A stretch of 64,000 nucleotides of DNA from Camelus ferus. Lineage: Eukaryota. The DNA is taken from contig NC_045698.1 in assembly GCF_009834535.1 (NCBI RefSeq), positions 12,216,001 to 12,280,000 on the forward strand. Direction: 5' to 3'. Of this stretch, positions 23,582 through 36,809 are shown piece by piece. Each line of letters starts with the position of its first letter. The first letter of the stretch is position 1. The notes beneath the pieces were generated by a model. It did not search any database and had not been told where the DNA came from. It worked only from the letters and a program-made list of their open reading frames with translations. Made by a program: the position numbers and the translations under genes.

Positions 23582-26119
23582 CATGCCTGAGGAAACCTAA
23601 CTAGGGCCACTGTATCCTACAATTTTTATTTTTATACTCAACTTTTTCTTTAATTCCTACAGTCCCAAGCCCCACTTAAAAAAACAAAACAAAACAAAAC
23701 ACATTCTAATGAGGAAACCTATTTCTTAAAGACACCGTTTCCTGAGTTAATTTAGATAAATACAGTTACTCTTTTCACATCAGCATTAGACAATGAGAGC
23801 TTTCTGTCTGGGGGCCCCTCCCTCTCCCCTCCCCCTCCAACTTCCCCCACCTTATTTTTAAATACCAGTCTTTGGCAGGAAAATGCCAAACCCTTTCCAT
23901 TTTATTACACACACGTATACATGTACAATGATCTCATTTGATTTTTTACTTTCTTCTTGAACTGCTGTCTAGCAGGTGATATATGAGCCAGGCTCTCATT
24001 TTTTCCACTGAAAGTAATAAACACAAGCAATTATCGACAGCAAATGTCTAGGTACCTAAGGGTGGAAACGAATTTGATCTTCTTAAACTAGACAGATTAA
24101 GTTCTTGTTCTTTCTGTTAATCCTATTAAATTATATTCTGCAGGCTGAAAGAGGGATCTTAAGTTCTAGCTCATGAACTTTGGTGAAGTCATCAAAAAGA
24201 GCCCACAAATAGTGCTTCCAGTCATCAGGCAGGTTATTGGAGTGGGACTCTTAAAAGCTCTGTTTTCATACTAAGCAATAGTTTCATTTTGATTAACTGC
24301 AAGTTACAATGATTCATATTCATTTAAATGGATAAACTGACAGCCCCTCTACCCAAGCTGTTTCCACAGCCTGGTGCATTAGTGTTGAGGTAAAGAGGAG
24401 GAGGGACTGTATCTGCCCAGGTGCTTCCCTTCCCTTAAAGAAAGTGGCAGGTGGGGGCAGGAGAGAAAATACAACTGAAGGAGAAACATACAGGTCTGCC
24501 CTCCACATTCAGGTAATTCTGATTTATTACAAAAGAAGGACCCATGAACCAAAGTCATGGGTAAAAACTACTACCAAGAAGAACACAGTCCCTGAAAGTA
24601 GTTTTCTGTGCGCGGCACCAGGAGGTGTCATTCCAGGGCACTCACACCGAAGGGCTGCTGGAAGGGTTCACTGATGCCTGAAAAGTTCTTGGCATGGAGT
24701 CCCATACCTTCCAAGAATGTTAGCCATTATTTCTTTCCTATCTTCAACCAGACTCCATGTGGGACAGTATGAGCACCTCCCAAATGTTCCCCTTTCCCTT
24801 CCCTGGAGTTTCAGGAGGGGCCTCCTCTGGCACGTCTGCCCCCTACCCAACCTCTCCCTCCTCCAAGGAGTGGAGTGGTTTCTCTGACAGGTGAACTCCA
24901 GACAAGGGCTGGTCAGCTCCTCACCAACTGGGAATTGGCTTGGACAGTGATTGTGGCCACCAGGTACCTGCCTGTCCCCCCAGCCAGGTGGGTCAGTCTG
25001 TCTGTAACTTGGGGTGCAAAGTTAGCAAGACTGATTGGCTAGAAGTCTTGTGTCCAACCAAGGGGTGGGGGGGGGTCTTATTTATGATCCTCCCCAAATC
25101 CAAACACCCCTTCCCTTTCTTTTTAAGATAATAATTATCTTGCCACAAGTTGGGACGAGAAAGCCATCTAAAGCAGATGTCAAAATCTTCTTTCCCACCA
25201 GCAGTTTAGTAACACCGGGGGGTCTCAGGAACAGCCATGCTCTGGGCGCGACTGCCTGGGAGGACAAATGAATGAAGGGCTTGGATGCTCCACGGAAACC
25301 TCGCTGAAGGTGACACTCAACACACCTGCTTTGGGTCTCGTCCAGGGGTGTTCTGATCATCGCTAGGACACAATTCCAGTTTAAACAATAAGACCCAATA
25401 GGACTATCACTAGAATGCAGGCGATAAGACCAATTTGAATTGCTCAATAAAAATATTTCTGAAGTACAGCACTGGGTTTTTTAGGTAGCATTTACTAATA
25501 AATATTTTGATAGGTTTCTGGTAGTGTATTTTTTTCACTTAAGTATTGTCTGGTAGTGTATTTTAATAAATAAGTTAAGACTTGGCTGAAATAGGTGTCA
25601 AGACCCTGTTCCCCGCGCCTAACCCCAAAAGTAATTGAAATAAGCATGCTTTCCTATCATTTCTTCAGCATATGCAGAGTAAGCCCCTCTTCTGGGGCTA
25701 ATTCAGAGGTAAACTAGGAACATCCAATTAAAATCATTCAAAAATCCTTAAATTTGGGAGATTCTAGGGTACTCTCATACTACCAAAAACCAAAATCGTG
25801 CTCAAATACACAAGCATTCTGACCAGCAGTTCAGACTACAGAAAACATTTTAAATTTGAAAGAACTAACACAATATTTCTGAAAATCAAGAGAAGGACCA
25901 CGCCTAACAGTTGGAATTAAACCAAAGAACCACTATGGTAAATAAAATAAACAAACTGGAGTAATTATTCTGAGGACAAGAGCCAACAAACGTGGCACAT
26001 CTTGCTTCCTACTGTGTTCCTCGCGTCTTTCAGAAGCTGCAGTTATCAGGCTGTTCAGGACGGAAACCACCCGCAGAGGAATTTTGGTTCATGCACTAAT
26101 AATGAGCAGGCTCTGTGTC

Positions 26120-26520
26120 TAGGGGGCCGGCCGAGGAAGCTGGTGGCAGAGATGCCAGCAGGTGTGGTTCTGAACCGAAGGGCCCGCCTGCCGCCCGCCC
26201 CGCCCCACCCCGCGCCCCGCCCCGCCGGGCGGTTACCTGATGAGGATGCACTGGTTGTCGTGGCGCCGCCACAGGCAGCGGTAGCACTCGTTGGCGATGG
26301 CGAAGACGTGGGGCGGCAGCTCCCCCAGGCGGCACCTGCTGTAGCGCTCCATGGCGTCCCGCCCGTACAGGCCGGGGATGGTCCTGTAGGGGTTCACGGC
26401 GGCGATGATGGAGCCAATGTAGGTCTGCAAGCACACGGGGCCGCGTTACACGTGGTCCTGGGGCGGGGCCCTGCGCACCGGTGCTCACCCCCACCCACGC
26501 GCGGGCGGAGACAGAAGGGT
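26120..26520. promoter_or_regulatory. Small intragenic CpG island over exon 4, with clustered GC boxes at 26185-26232
   Basis: Dense CpG and repeated ccgccc/ccccgc in an otherwise CpG-depleted gene body. Confidence 0.7.
26237..26424 (-). CDS. MYO10: MYO10 exon 4 (188 nt) TYIGSIIAAVNPYRTIPGLYGRDAMERYSRCRLGELPPHVFAIANECYRCLWRRHDNQCILI(S)
   Basis: Acceptor TTGCAG|ACC, donor AG|GTAACC; myosin motifs VNPY and LPPHVFAIA. Confidence 0.97.
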
Positions 26521-26874
26521 CTGGAAGCAGCTCAGTGTGGCTCCACATCGGGAGGAAAGGCGCTGCCACATCCCCCTGGAGCCACTGTCTAAGCTCGAGC
26601 AGAACCCCCTGAATGTGCAGTGAGGGGGCAGGAGGCTCCACCCCCCACTCACATTTTTCCTTCACCTTTTGGTAGAAATCGTGTGCCAAGGAACTAGGCC
26701 ATTTCAAAGAGGGCTGCAGGGAAGGGTCAACAAGACAAGACGGTGAAGCAGCTCAGGCCCGCATCCCTGCTCCCTGGTGACCTCCTGACCCCCCTCCATC
26801 AGGCGGCTACCAGGAGGCGGCAGGATTACAGAAGCAAGAGAAATGAGGTGGGGGCCGGGGTTGGGAGGGGGAGC

Positions 26875-27045
26875 TACTGCTTCATGGGTACAGCGTTTCT
26901 GTTTGGGATAGTGAGAAAGTTCCACACATAGGTAGTGGAAATGGTTGCACGACTCTGCAAACATGTTTAGTGCACCAGAACTGTACGCTTATTAAAAAGA
27001 GTCAAAATGGTAAATTCTATGTCATGTATCTTTAACCACAATTTT
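26875..27045 (+). mobile_element. Old LINE-1 (L1MB-like) 3' fragment
   Basis: atgggtacagcgtttctgtttgggat..ggttgcacgac..aaaatggtaaattctatg. Confidence 0.65.
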
Positions 27046-27411
27046 TGAAAAGGAACAAGACCATTTTGAAAACATTAAATGCTCTTCCAGTGTCTCAAAT
27101 ACTTCATCAAGCACCACGTAGTTTACCTGGAAAACAGCTGACGGGCGATCTTACCTTTTCTGGAACCAAATCCAGGCCAGAAATTAAGCACAATCTTCAG
27201 AGCAGCAAAACAGAGGCTATTGGGTTATTAAAGCCAAGAGTCCTGCCTCGTGCCTCCTCGGTATGGACAGAAACTATTCCCTGGCCCCTCTGCAAGGAAG
27301 GCTAACAGGTTGGTTTCCAGGTCCAGACACAAGTGCAGCAGCCGATGAGAAGGGGAGGAGGAGGGTCCTGCAGGCGCCACCACCCACCCGCCAGCCTCTG
27401 TGCTGGGAGCC

Positions 27412-27806
27412 CTGGACTGATTATGTCCCCTCCCCCAACTCACACTCTGAAGCCCTAACCCCTAGTACCTCTGAATGCTACTCTATTTGTAGACAGGGCC
27501 TTTAAAGAGATGATTAAGTTAAAAAGAGGCCATTAGGGTGGGCCCTCATCCTGTCTGACTCGTGTTCTTGTAAGAAGAGAGAATTTGGTTACACAAAAAC
27601 ACCGGGGACATGTGTGCACAGAAACACCACATAAGGACACTGCAAAAAGGTGGCTGTCTGCAAACCAAGGAGAGAGCCCTTGACAGAAACCAACCCTGCT
27701 GACACTTTGATCTCAGACTTCAAGCCCCCAGAACTCTGAGAAAACAAACATCCGTTGTTTCACCCAGCCAGTGGTCTTTTGTCACAGTGGCTGAGCAGAC
27801 TAATAC
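27412..27806 (+). mobile_element. MaLR solo LTR (MLT1A-like)
   Basis: gaagccctaacccctagtacc..gggcctttaaagagatgattaagttaaa..ctgctgacactttgatctcagacttc..gcagactaataca. Confidence 0.82.
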
Positions 27807-27834
27807 ACAGGGCCTGACCCTTTCAATGCTGACA

Positions 27835-27985
27835 ATAACTCTGGGAGATTCACAGTATTATTACATCTACTTCTCAGATGAGGAAATTGAGGCACAGAGA
27901 TAAAATCTTGCATTCAGTCACACAACCAGTAAGTGGAAGAGGTGAGATTTGAACCCAGGCAACTTAATTACAGAGCCTCCTCTTC
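27835..27985 (-). mobile_element. MIR SINE
   Basis: cagatgaggaaattgaggcacagaga..gtcacacaaccagtaagtgg..gatttgaacccaggc. Confidence 0.75.
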
Positions 27986-28224
27986 ACACTCATTGCGAAG
28001 GGACTGCAACGCAGCAGAGAACAAGGAAAGCAAGAAACACTGGACAGGAAGTTCAATATCTGAATCATCTTATAGCAATCTGTATCATATTATAGCAATT
28101 TGTAATCATTTACATTCACAGTGACCACCAGGAACATCAAGCAAAGTATCGCAAAGTATCATGTCCTTTGTAAATGTCTGCAAGTGTAAGGAGGTCTATA
28201 ATATATTTTGCAAACATTTTGAAC

Positions 28225-28765
28225 CAAAAAAAGGTTAAAATTATAAAAGAGTTATTCTATACAACAATTCTACACCTAGGTATATACCCCCAAATAATTA
28301 AAAATAGGTACTCCCACAAATACACAGCAGCATCAAAGGTGGAAACAACCCAAATGTCAATCATCAGACAGATGGGTAAACAAGATGTGGTAGAGTCACA
28401 CGATGGAATATGATGCAGCTGTGTAAAGGAACAAAGTACTAACACAGGATCCAACATAGATGACTCCTGCAACATGACACTCAGTGAAAGAAACCAGATG
28501 TACAAGTTCACTTATTCAGAGCAGGTAAGTCCACAGAGACAAAGACTGGTGGCAGTTGCCACCACCAGAAGGGAGGGTGGGAGGAGGCAGGAATGGGGGG
28601 TGATGGCTTTGCAGGGGCAGGGTTTCCCCCTGGGTGATCAAAACATTTTGGAACGAGACAGAGGGGCTGCCTGTACATCACTGTGAATGTATTAAATATC
28701 ACCGAATTTACTTTAAAGTGGTTAATTCTCTGTTACATAAATTTCACTTCAATTTTAAAAAATTA
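28225..28765 (+). mobile_element. Old LINE-1 (L1MB/MC-like) 3' region
   Basis: caattctacacctaggtatataccccc..ggaaacaacccaaatgtc..ctcagtgaaagaaaccag..ctttaaagtggttaatt. Confidence 0.75.
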
Positions 28766-30369
28766 AACGATGTGGCACTTTCATGAATAAACATTCAGAT
28801 TTCTGGAGAACTCCACTCTGTAGAAACCCCACTTTTCCCCATCAGAGGACCGCAGGGAGGATGTGGCCAGAAAGAAAGATGGAAGCTGCATTTTCCTCTG
28901 GGGAAGGAAAGGGTCCTCCTTCTAAAGAGAACAGGGAATCACCTGGTTTCCTGGAGGATGCCAGACACCCTCCCTCAGCGCCTTGACCACAGACGCTGGT
29001 GCCTTCTTTCATGACAACCGTCTGCAGAGGGGAGGCAGGCAGGGAGGTTGTGCCTTCCTTCTCTTGGTCTAAAATGTCAGGCCTGCTAATAGTTAACTAA
29101 TTGGAAGTGACCAAAGCCAGGCTTTTACTTTTCATTGTACATGCCATATAATGCGTCAAATGAAAAAAAAAATCAAAATGATCTGCATTTCAAATGCTTA
29201 AAACTTTCACCACTAAGTGAGGAGCACTTTGGAAGCTGCTCTATTTAACTGTATGACAACTCTTCACACCTCACATTCACACTTTTCTATCTTTACATCA
29301 GACCTTGAGCTGAATCCCCCTGTCCCAAGATTGTTCAGGACCCTTCTCCTTGCTGACTGTAGACAGATCACTTAAATATAAATAAACAGCTGTCACCAGA
29401 TTTGACAAGATCAAGCACATAGTGGTATATATTCCAACACGGCTCTAAGATTGTAGGTGTCACTGCTGTCTTCCTCTCCAACATACAAAATGCATATACT
29501 TAAAAAAAAGGGGGGGGTTCTATAGCTGAGACCATATTAAATACTCTAAGCAAACAGAGAGTAACCTACATTCCTTTATATGCCTTGGATCTGTTCTCAA
29601 GGGTTTCCTTAAACCTATGCTCACCAAGCACTTCCTTTTTCTTTTTTGCATGACCTTGATCTGGGAGCAGCCCCAGGGCCACGGCTCTGCCTCCTCTAAC
29701 AGAGGGGGGGATGGTGGTCCTGGGGTCTGTGGTGACCCCTTCCCTTCACCCCCGTGCAGACCCCCCAGCCTCACCGCCACTGTCTCCATGCGGGTGCTCT
29801 TCGCTTTCAATTAACTCTATAATCAACCCCCCTTCTTCATCTCCGCTGCTCTGGGCTCACTGGCTCAGATTTCCCCGAAAGCCCCCTCCTCACTAATTCC
29901 ACTTGGTCTCGCCTGTTCAGTCCCAGCTCCGTATGTGACAAATGGACTTTCAAAGACAAAAACTCTCCTGCATGAAACTCGTCAACAGCTCCCATGACCT
30001 ACAGGGTCGACCCACAGAAATACTTGAGAAGAGACTTCGAGAGGCTCCAAAAAGGCGAACCAACACCCAAGTCCTCATGAATTTCTCTCCTGACAGCGAC
30101 AGAAGGGAGGTGCCTTCAGTTACTTACTTGCTTTTTGTTGCTTGTGCCCATATTCGTGCCAAATGGTGCTTTCGACCTCCCTAAAACGGAAGTGTAAAAC
30201 TACACGGCAACAACAGGAATAGCTCCCGATGGTTTATTCAGATAGGTGAAATCGTAGTGGCCCATCAGCAGAAATCACTACGGCCAGGGACAGCTTTATC
30301 TCTCCTCCCACTACCTTGATCACAGCGTGGATCATTCTGTCATTAAAACAAAGGCTGCGCACACACACC

Positions 30370-30783
30370 CATGGACCTAGAGATGATCATACTAAGTGAA
30401 CTCAGACAGAGAAAGACAAATATCCTATGATACCACTTTTATGTGGAATCTAAAAAAGAAAAAAAAAAGATACAAATGAACTTATTTACAAAACAGAAAG
30501 AGACAGACTCACAGACAGAGAAAACAAACTTATGGTTACCAAAGGAGACGAGGGGGAGGGAAGGTTAAATTAGGAGTTTGGGATTAGTAGATACAAACTA
30601 CTATATACAAAACAGATAAACAACAAGGTCCTACCATAGAACACAGGGAACTACACTCAGCATCCTGTCACAAGCTATAACAGAAAGGAATATGAAAAAG
30701 AACACAAGTATGTATCACTGACTCACTACGCCCGACCTCAAGAACAACACTGTACATCAACTACACTTCAATTAAACAAACAG
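30370..30783 (+). mobile_element. 5'-truncated LINE-1 3' end
   Basis: Same family as 13109; probable TSD aacaaaggctgc (30347-30358) / aacaaagtctgc (30784-30795). Confidence 0.88.
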
Positions 30784-31304
30784 AACAAAGTCTGCATGGA
30801 TAAGAGATCCCTTGAATAATAATGAAAGTTCGACAGGTAACATAAGTAAACAGGGCAACTGGGAAGTGGGGAGGTAGGAGGGGAGCCTAGTTGCGATGCA
30901 AAGTGACGCAGAGATAAATGCAGTGAGAAACCTAAGAGCTGGGAGACCATGCGAGTTCCACACTTGTACCACTGATCACTCTGTAAAAAGGTGTTTATTA
31001 TTACTGCTCCAAAACCAGCCATCATAACTCCCTGCACTCTTAAGACCCTGGATACACGTGACTCTCAAACACAAGGCGGGGCCAGGTACTGGTTTCCACA
31101 CGTTGGATTCCAAATTCCACAAAAATAAATAGCCTAGTCATTTTAACGGCTTTTCAGAAATAGAAAGGATATTCTATTTTGAAACACATAAAGTTTCTTT
31201 TCTAGACAGAAAAGTTCCACAGAACTCACCAAAAAAATACTCTTCCTTACCCACTTTAATAATCTGGAACAGCTGCAGTGCAATCCGCTTTCAAAACGCT
31301 GGGA

Positions 31305-31562
31305 GAACCCACTGCACTGCTTCAGTGCAAAATCTACCAATTCAAGCTTTTCAGTAGGCATACAGGTATCATACCTAGTATCTGACCCCTCACCAAAACA
31401 ACATAATAAAATTTAAAATATTAAAAAATATAAAAATATAAAATTAAAATAAAATAAAATATCAAGAAGGAACTCACTGCATTGCTTCAGTGCAAAATCT
31501 ACCAATTCAAGGTTTTCAAAAGGTATAAGGGTCTAATACCTAGTATCTAGCCCCTCATCAAA
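31305..31562 (+). repeat. Two 93-bp direct repeats (31305-31397, 31470-31562) separated by a 72-bp A-rich spacer
   Basis: 13 mismatches and no gaps in a manual alignment. Confidence 0.9.
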
Positions 31563-32028
31563 TAAAAGAAAAAAGTTTTAAGTGTAACTATGAACACTAC
31601 AAGTAACCTGTGGCCTCAGATGCACTCTGCTTGTAAATACACAGAATCTACGCTACTGCTGGGAAGTCACTATTCCAACACAGGAAAAAATGATCTAGAC
31701 AGCAAGGTTTGGTCAACTCCGAAGACCTGAAGTCCTCAGCCTGGACCTACCTGCCCTGGTCCACTGCTTGCCCCTTCTGGGCCAGAGATTCTGACCAGTA
31801 ATAACATATCCTCTGCTACCCTCACGTGATTACTATGCGAAAGTGCTATGTAAATCAGAGGGATTTATTAACTTTGTTCATGAAAATAAAACCACAATGG
31901 TCTTCCATCATGTGGTCCTGGAAAAGCTGCACATAGACCAAGTAATCTGAAATGTACCAGGGAGTCTGGCTCAAGTCAGTGTCATGGCCCACTTTCCTAA
32001 AGGGAGGAAGTTGTTAAGAAGTGGGAAC

Positions 32029-32222
32029 TAGATAGTAACTACTATATATAAAATAAACAACAAGGTCCTACTGTGTAGCACAGAGAACTACGTTCAACAC
32101 CTTGTGGTAACTTGTAATAAAGATGAACATATGTATGTATATGTATGACTGAACTATTATGCTGTTCACCAGAAGTTGGCACAACGTTGTAAACTGACTA
32201 TACTTCAATTAAAAAAAAAAAA
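32029..32222 (+). mobile_element. 5'-truncated LINE-1 3' end with poly-A
   Basis: aaacaacaaggtcctactgtgtagcacagagaac...tatacttcaattaaaaaaa; flanked by tgggaac repeats. Confidence 0.85.
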
Positions 32223-35200
32223 TGGGAACCACTAGCTAGATTTACTTCCCACCCACCATTCTCTTTCCTCTCTTGACTATCTCAGTTCAACATGGCCATA
32301 ACTTACTTTCCCAAATCTTGACCTTGAAAGCAGATTCAGCTTTAAATTGCAGATATGCACACTCAACAGTCCACCTGGGCGTCTTCACTTGGACACCCCT
32401 AAGCTCACACTCAACACGCAAAGGCTGAGCTCCTCAAAACACCTGTTTCTTCTCACAGTCACGTCTTGACAAATGGCACTGTGGTCTACCCAAATGGACA
32501 GTCCAGGGATCTGGGAGTCAGCCTTTAAAAATTCAGCCTACTTGCCTCCCAAACTCAATCAAGCATCTGGATTTGACCTTTTCTTATGTCTCATACTCCA
32601 ACCCCCACCCCAGGATTGGTTTGGAACCCTATCATTTCCCATCTGCTTTGCCGGTCACCTCTTCCCCCAGACTGGTTCCGTTGCCTACAGCCAGATTGAG
32701 TTTTCCCAGAACTCACCTTTGACATTGTCCCCTATCAGTCTTCACAAACGAACTCAAGCTCATTCATTTACACACAGTGTCCTTCCTCACCTGCTCCTGA
32801 CCACCCTGCCAGCCAGCTGCATGCAACCTTCATTGCAGCGTCTCATGGGTCCTGCAGCTGCACAAATGCATCACGCCTCGTCAAGCCTTTGCCCTTGCTG
32901 ATCTTCTGCCAGGAATGAGTTACCCTCTGGCTTGGCCAAATTCCCCTAAAAATGCTTCAAAACTCAGTGCAACCAGTGTCTTGGCTGGGAGTCATTTTCC
33001 GACCCCGTCTCACCATCTCCTTCGAGTGCCCACTCTGTGTGTTCCCAGTCAGTCCTTTTATGACACTCACTGTTGCCCTGAGCTGCTGTCAAAGGTTTGC
33101 TGCGTCCGCCTTCACCAAGGAACTAGGAGGTCCCGGAAAGGCAGTGCCTTACGTTTATTCGATCTTTCAAGAAACAAGTACTGAGAACAAGAGTGTGCAT
33201 CCTTGGAGCCTCACACACAGTCTGGCACACAGGCAGGGCCGGAATCAACATAGATGTGTTGAGGGCACACGAATGGACCACCAATCCACCAAGTTTAAGT
33301 TCCATTTTAACTGAGTCCTAGTGCTCCACACCCACCTCCCAACAAAATGATTCATGATCGTTGTCCAATGAAACAGCCAAAACTCTTAGGCATTCAAGTT
33401 TGTTGAAAAGACAACTAGATCACAACAGATACCTCCAGATGTTGTTAAAGTCAAGCTCTTAAATTTAGAAGTGACATTTCCATTTAATCTGAGTGAATTT
33501 CTGACACATGTTCCCTCCTTGTTCAAAGGAATCTGACCCAAAAGAGAGGCAGGAACGGGGAGGGGGGATTAACAAAAGCAAAGTCCCTAATTGCCACCAT
33601 CATGTGCTGATGTGGAAGTGGCGACTCGAGAGCATAAATGTTTGGTAAAGTTTAAAAATACATACAGTCGGACAGATGGTTGCAATCATCTTTTGGCAAC
33701 ACTGGTCTAGATTTCATGTGAGAAAAAAAACCCCTGACAAACCACACTGTGTTCAGCTGTTCCCGGTATGAGACAGATGCCAAGCCTGCTAGCCATCCGG
33801 TCTTCCGGCCATCGCGAGAGGCGCGCTGTCACTTGACACTGGCTTTGGAGAGGGACAGAAAACAAACCCCCAAAAGTCTACTCTGGGAAGACAGGACTCA
33901 AGGCAGTGAATCGCAGATTTCGATTTGCGAGCCCGAAACTGGCAACTCCAGGGCACGGTGTCCCAGGGATCAACGCCGCAGGTGGCCCATGATTCCCCCA
34001 CAGGTGAACTCAGGTCACCTGTCTGCTGCCACCCATGAGTCTTTAACTGGCTGCTGCCCACGAACATATCTGTCAGGCTTCAAAGTCAATTCAGGTGGTG
34101 ATCATTGTGCAATACAAATACCAAAACCTCATATTGTACCCTTGAACCTACTATAACATTCTGTGTAAATTTTACCTCAATTAAAAAAAAGTGAATTAAA
34201 AAGTAAGCCTTTAAAGTCTTTTAATTAATATTAAATTTATGTGACAAAATACTTTTAAATGAAATTAAATTTTATAAATTATTAACTAATTTTAATAATA
34301 AATCATCCTGTGATTTTTGGCCTGTAACTCAAAAAAAAAAAAAGTTAATTCAGGAACAACAGCAAATATGTGTACAGATTCAGTCTGGAGCGCCACCTAC
34401 CCAGAGGAGGATTATTTTTGAAACACTTAAAAATATACTAGCTGTGAAGCATCTTCTGTGCTCACAGCCCCACTTCTTAAAATGGGCTCCTTTGATCTTG
34501 CTCTCTGCCCCATCTGTTCAGCAAGACCCACAAACTAACCCACGAGTGGGTGGAACAGAGCACGGCTTCCTCTGGAACCGCCCCCAACACTCTAATTGCA
34601 GCCGAGCCCTGAGGTTCCCTGCAGTCCTCTCCCTGATGTGGTTTCCAGCCACTCCTTAGCGGCTGGGAGAGGAGGCTCCCCATGCAATTGACCCAGAGCA
34701 CGACCAACTCTATGATGGAGGGCATGTGTTTCCTCTTCCATTTGGCAGACGACAACAGTGCCACAGCACGGAGCTAGCGTGGCTGTCCCTGCACTCTGGA
34801 CACAGAGTTCACGGTCAATACAACAGAAACATCATCTGCAGTTGTCCACACTGTGCTTAGATGCTGGGGACATAATCGGAAATGACACAGGCTCCAAGGA
34901 TGCCCCAGGCATCCTAAACCTTACTCATCTCACTGGCCCCCTCTCCTGGAGGAGCCTCCGGGACAGTCAGCGGCATGTTCTCATGGCCAGGGGGGCCTGA
35001 CAAGGCTGGGAATCCTTCAAGCTACCCCTGCCTCCTTGACCTCCTTCCCACTCATCTCGTATCCCACATTCCCTTGCTGGCTACCATCTCTACTCTAGTC
35101 CAAACCCTCATCTCTCCGCTCTGAATTACCACAACCCTCTCTCAGCCAGTCCACTCTCTAGATGGTATCACACCATTTCCCTCTCCACCCTTCTACATTT

Positions 35201-35294
35201 TTTTCTCAGGGAAGTTCTCTCTTCAAAAGCCTTTAACAAAGACGGTGTAGTCTCTGACCACCAAGCCCAAACGCTGCCGACCCGCTTTAAGTAA

Positions 35295-35502
35295 GGCGGG
35301 GTTTCTCTGTGCTAGTGACATCTCGGGCCAGGTAACTCTTCGTCGTGGGGCTGTCCTGTGCCCTGAGGGGTGTACAGCAGCTCCCTGGTCTCTACCCACT
35401 AGGTACCATTAGCATCCTCCGCCCTAACTGTGACAACCAAAAAATGCCTCCAGGTACTACCACATGTCCCCTGGGGGCCACATCACCTGCTGGAGCACCA
35501 CT
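35295..35502 (-). mobile_element. MER20 (hAT-Charlie MITE)
   Basis: ggggctgtcctgtgc..ctctacccactag..tgtgacaaccaaaaaatg..atgtccccTGGGGG is the reverse complement of the recalled MER20 core. Confidence 0.8.
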
Positions 35503-36809
35503 CCTTTTAAGGGTGTCCTGACCCCATCCTGCCTATCCTACTAATTGCTCAGCATCCCCCAACACACTCCAGACTCCATAAGCAAAGGGAACTTCTCCCA
35601 GTTTAGTGAGGCCATCACACCAAATTCAGTCTCAACTTTTCATCTTCACGTATGGTATCCAACTAACCCTTCCATCTACTCACCTCTCATCCTCCTTTGG
35701 AGGGGCTGGCAGTAATACTACATAGGGTCCTTCACCCACCTATTTGTTCCCTCTCCCTACCTCTTATCTCCTCATACAACACATACCCCTCCTCTATGAG
35801 TCTTTAGGGACTTACAGGTGTGGGTACTGGTCTTCCCAGGTCTCATCAATGGTGGGAAGAGACAAAGGAGGGTAGGACTCATCAGACCCTCTCCAAGGTG
35901 CTGGCCCCCTGCAGCAGGAAACCCGTAAAGAAATTCAGGGTGGAAGTTTGGGATGGGGTCCAAGGTTAGAGCTGAAGTGCTGGGCAGAGTTGTCATCTGG
36001 GAGTCGCCAGAGGCTGGGAAAGGCTGACAAGGTGGAGCATTAGGCAAGAGGGCCTGGAGTTCCGGAAAGGGAATCCAGCATGAGGGCATAAAGGCAGGGG
36101 TTCATTCAGGGCACTTAGGAAAGAACAGAGCTGCTCTAACCCGGGGGTCAGAGCCAAACGACCAGCGGCCAGGCTGGAGCCACACAGGCTTACGGACACT
36201 GACACAGACGTCTGAACAGCCCCTGCGCCTGGAAGGAGTTCCAGGCAGGAGCTTTCCAAATAAAGACTTGGTGGTGTTCGATGAGTAAGATGGGGAGAGA
36301 GGTACGAAGGTTAGTCAAGTTCCTAAGGTCTTCACTTGCCATTTTACTGTAAAACAGCCCTGTCAGATACAAGGGTTATAACATCTGACCTTTAAAAAAT
36401 TTTTTTTAAGTTGACACATAAAAATTAAGTGTTTAATATGGAGCCCAAGAGGAGGTGAGTGGCGAAAAGTGGACTCAACTCTGATTTGTCTCCTAAGCAC
36501 TTCACCTCTTTGTAGCTCTCCACCTCCATTTGAATTCAGGATGCTTAAGGCTAGAAGAAATATTTTCCTGAGGTCTGCTAAAGACCTCAGACAATAAGGA
36601 TGGCCCTCAAGGTGGAAAAAAGTTAATTGTCCTTCTTAGCACAAACAACAGACTCCTCTACCTGGATACAGGTCTGCTTACCAGCGAACTGTATCATTTA
36701 GGATCAGCAAGCCAACAGATAATGCATGATCTGGAGTGGTGGGGGAGACCCACAGGACTTCCTTCTCTATAACAGGACTCAAAGAAGGGCATCTACGCAG
36801 GCAGAGCAA

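Noticed and set aside
26002..26707. Longest ORFs (196 aa on +, 203 aa on -) as novel or antisense genes
   Set aside because: The + ORF is in exact antisense register with exon 4, whose G/C-ending codons exclude TTA/CTA/TCA and hence antisense stops. The - ORF is an alternative frame of the same GC-rich exon. Neither starts with ATG.
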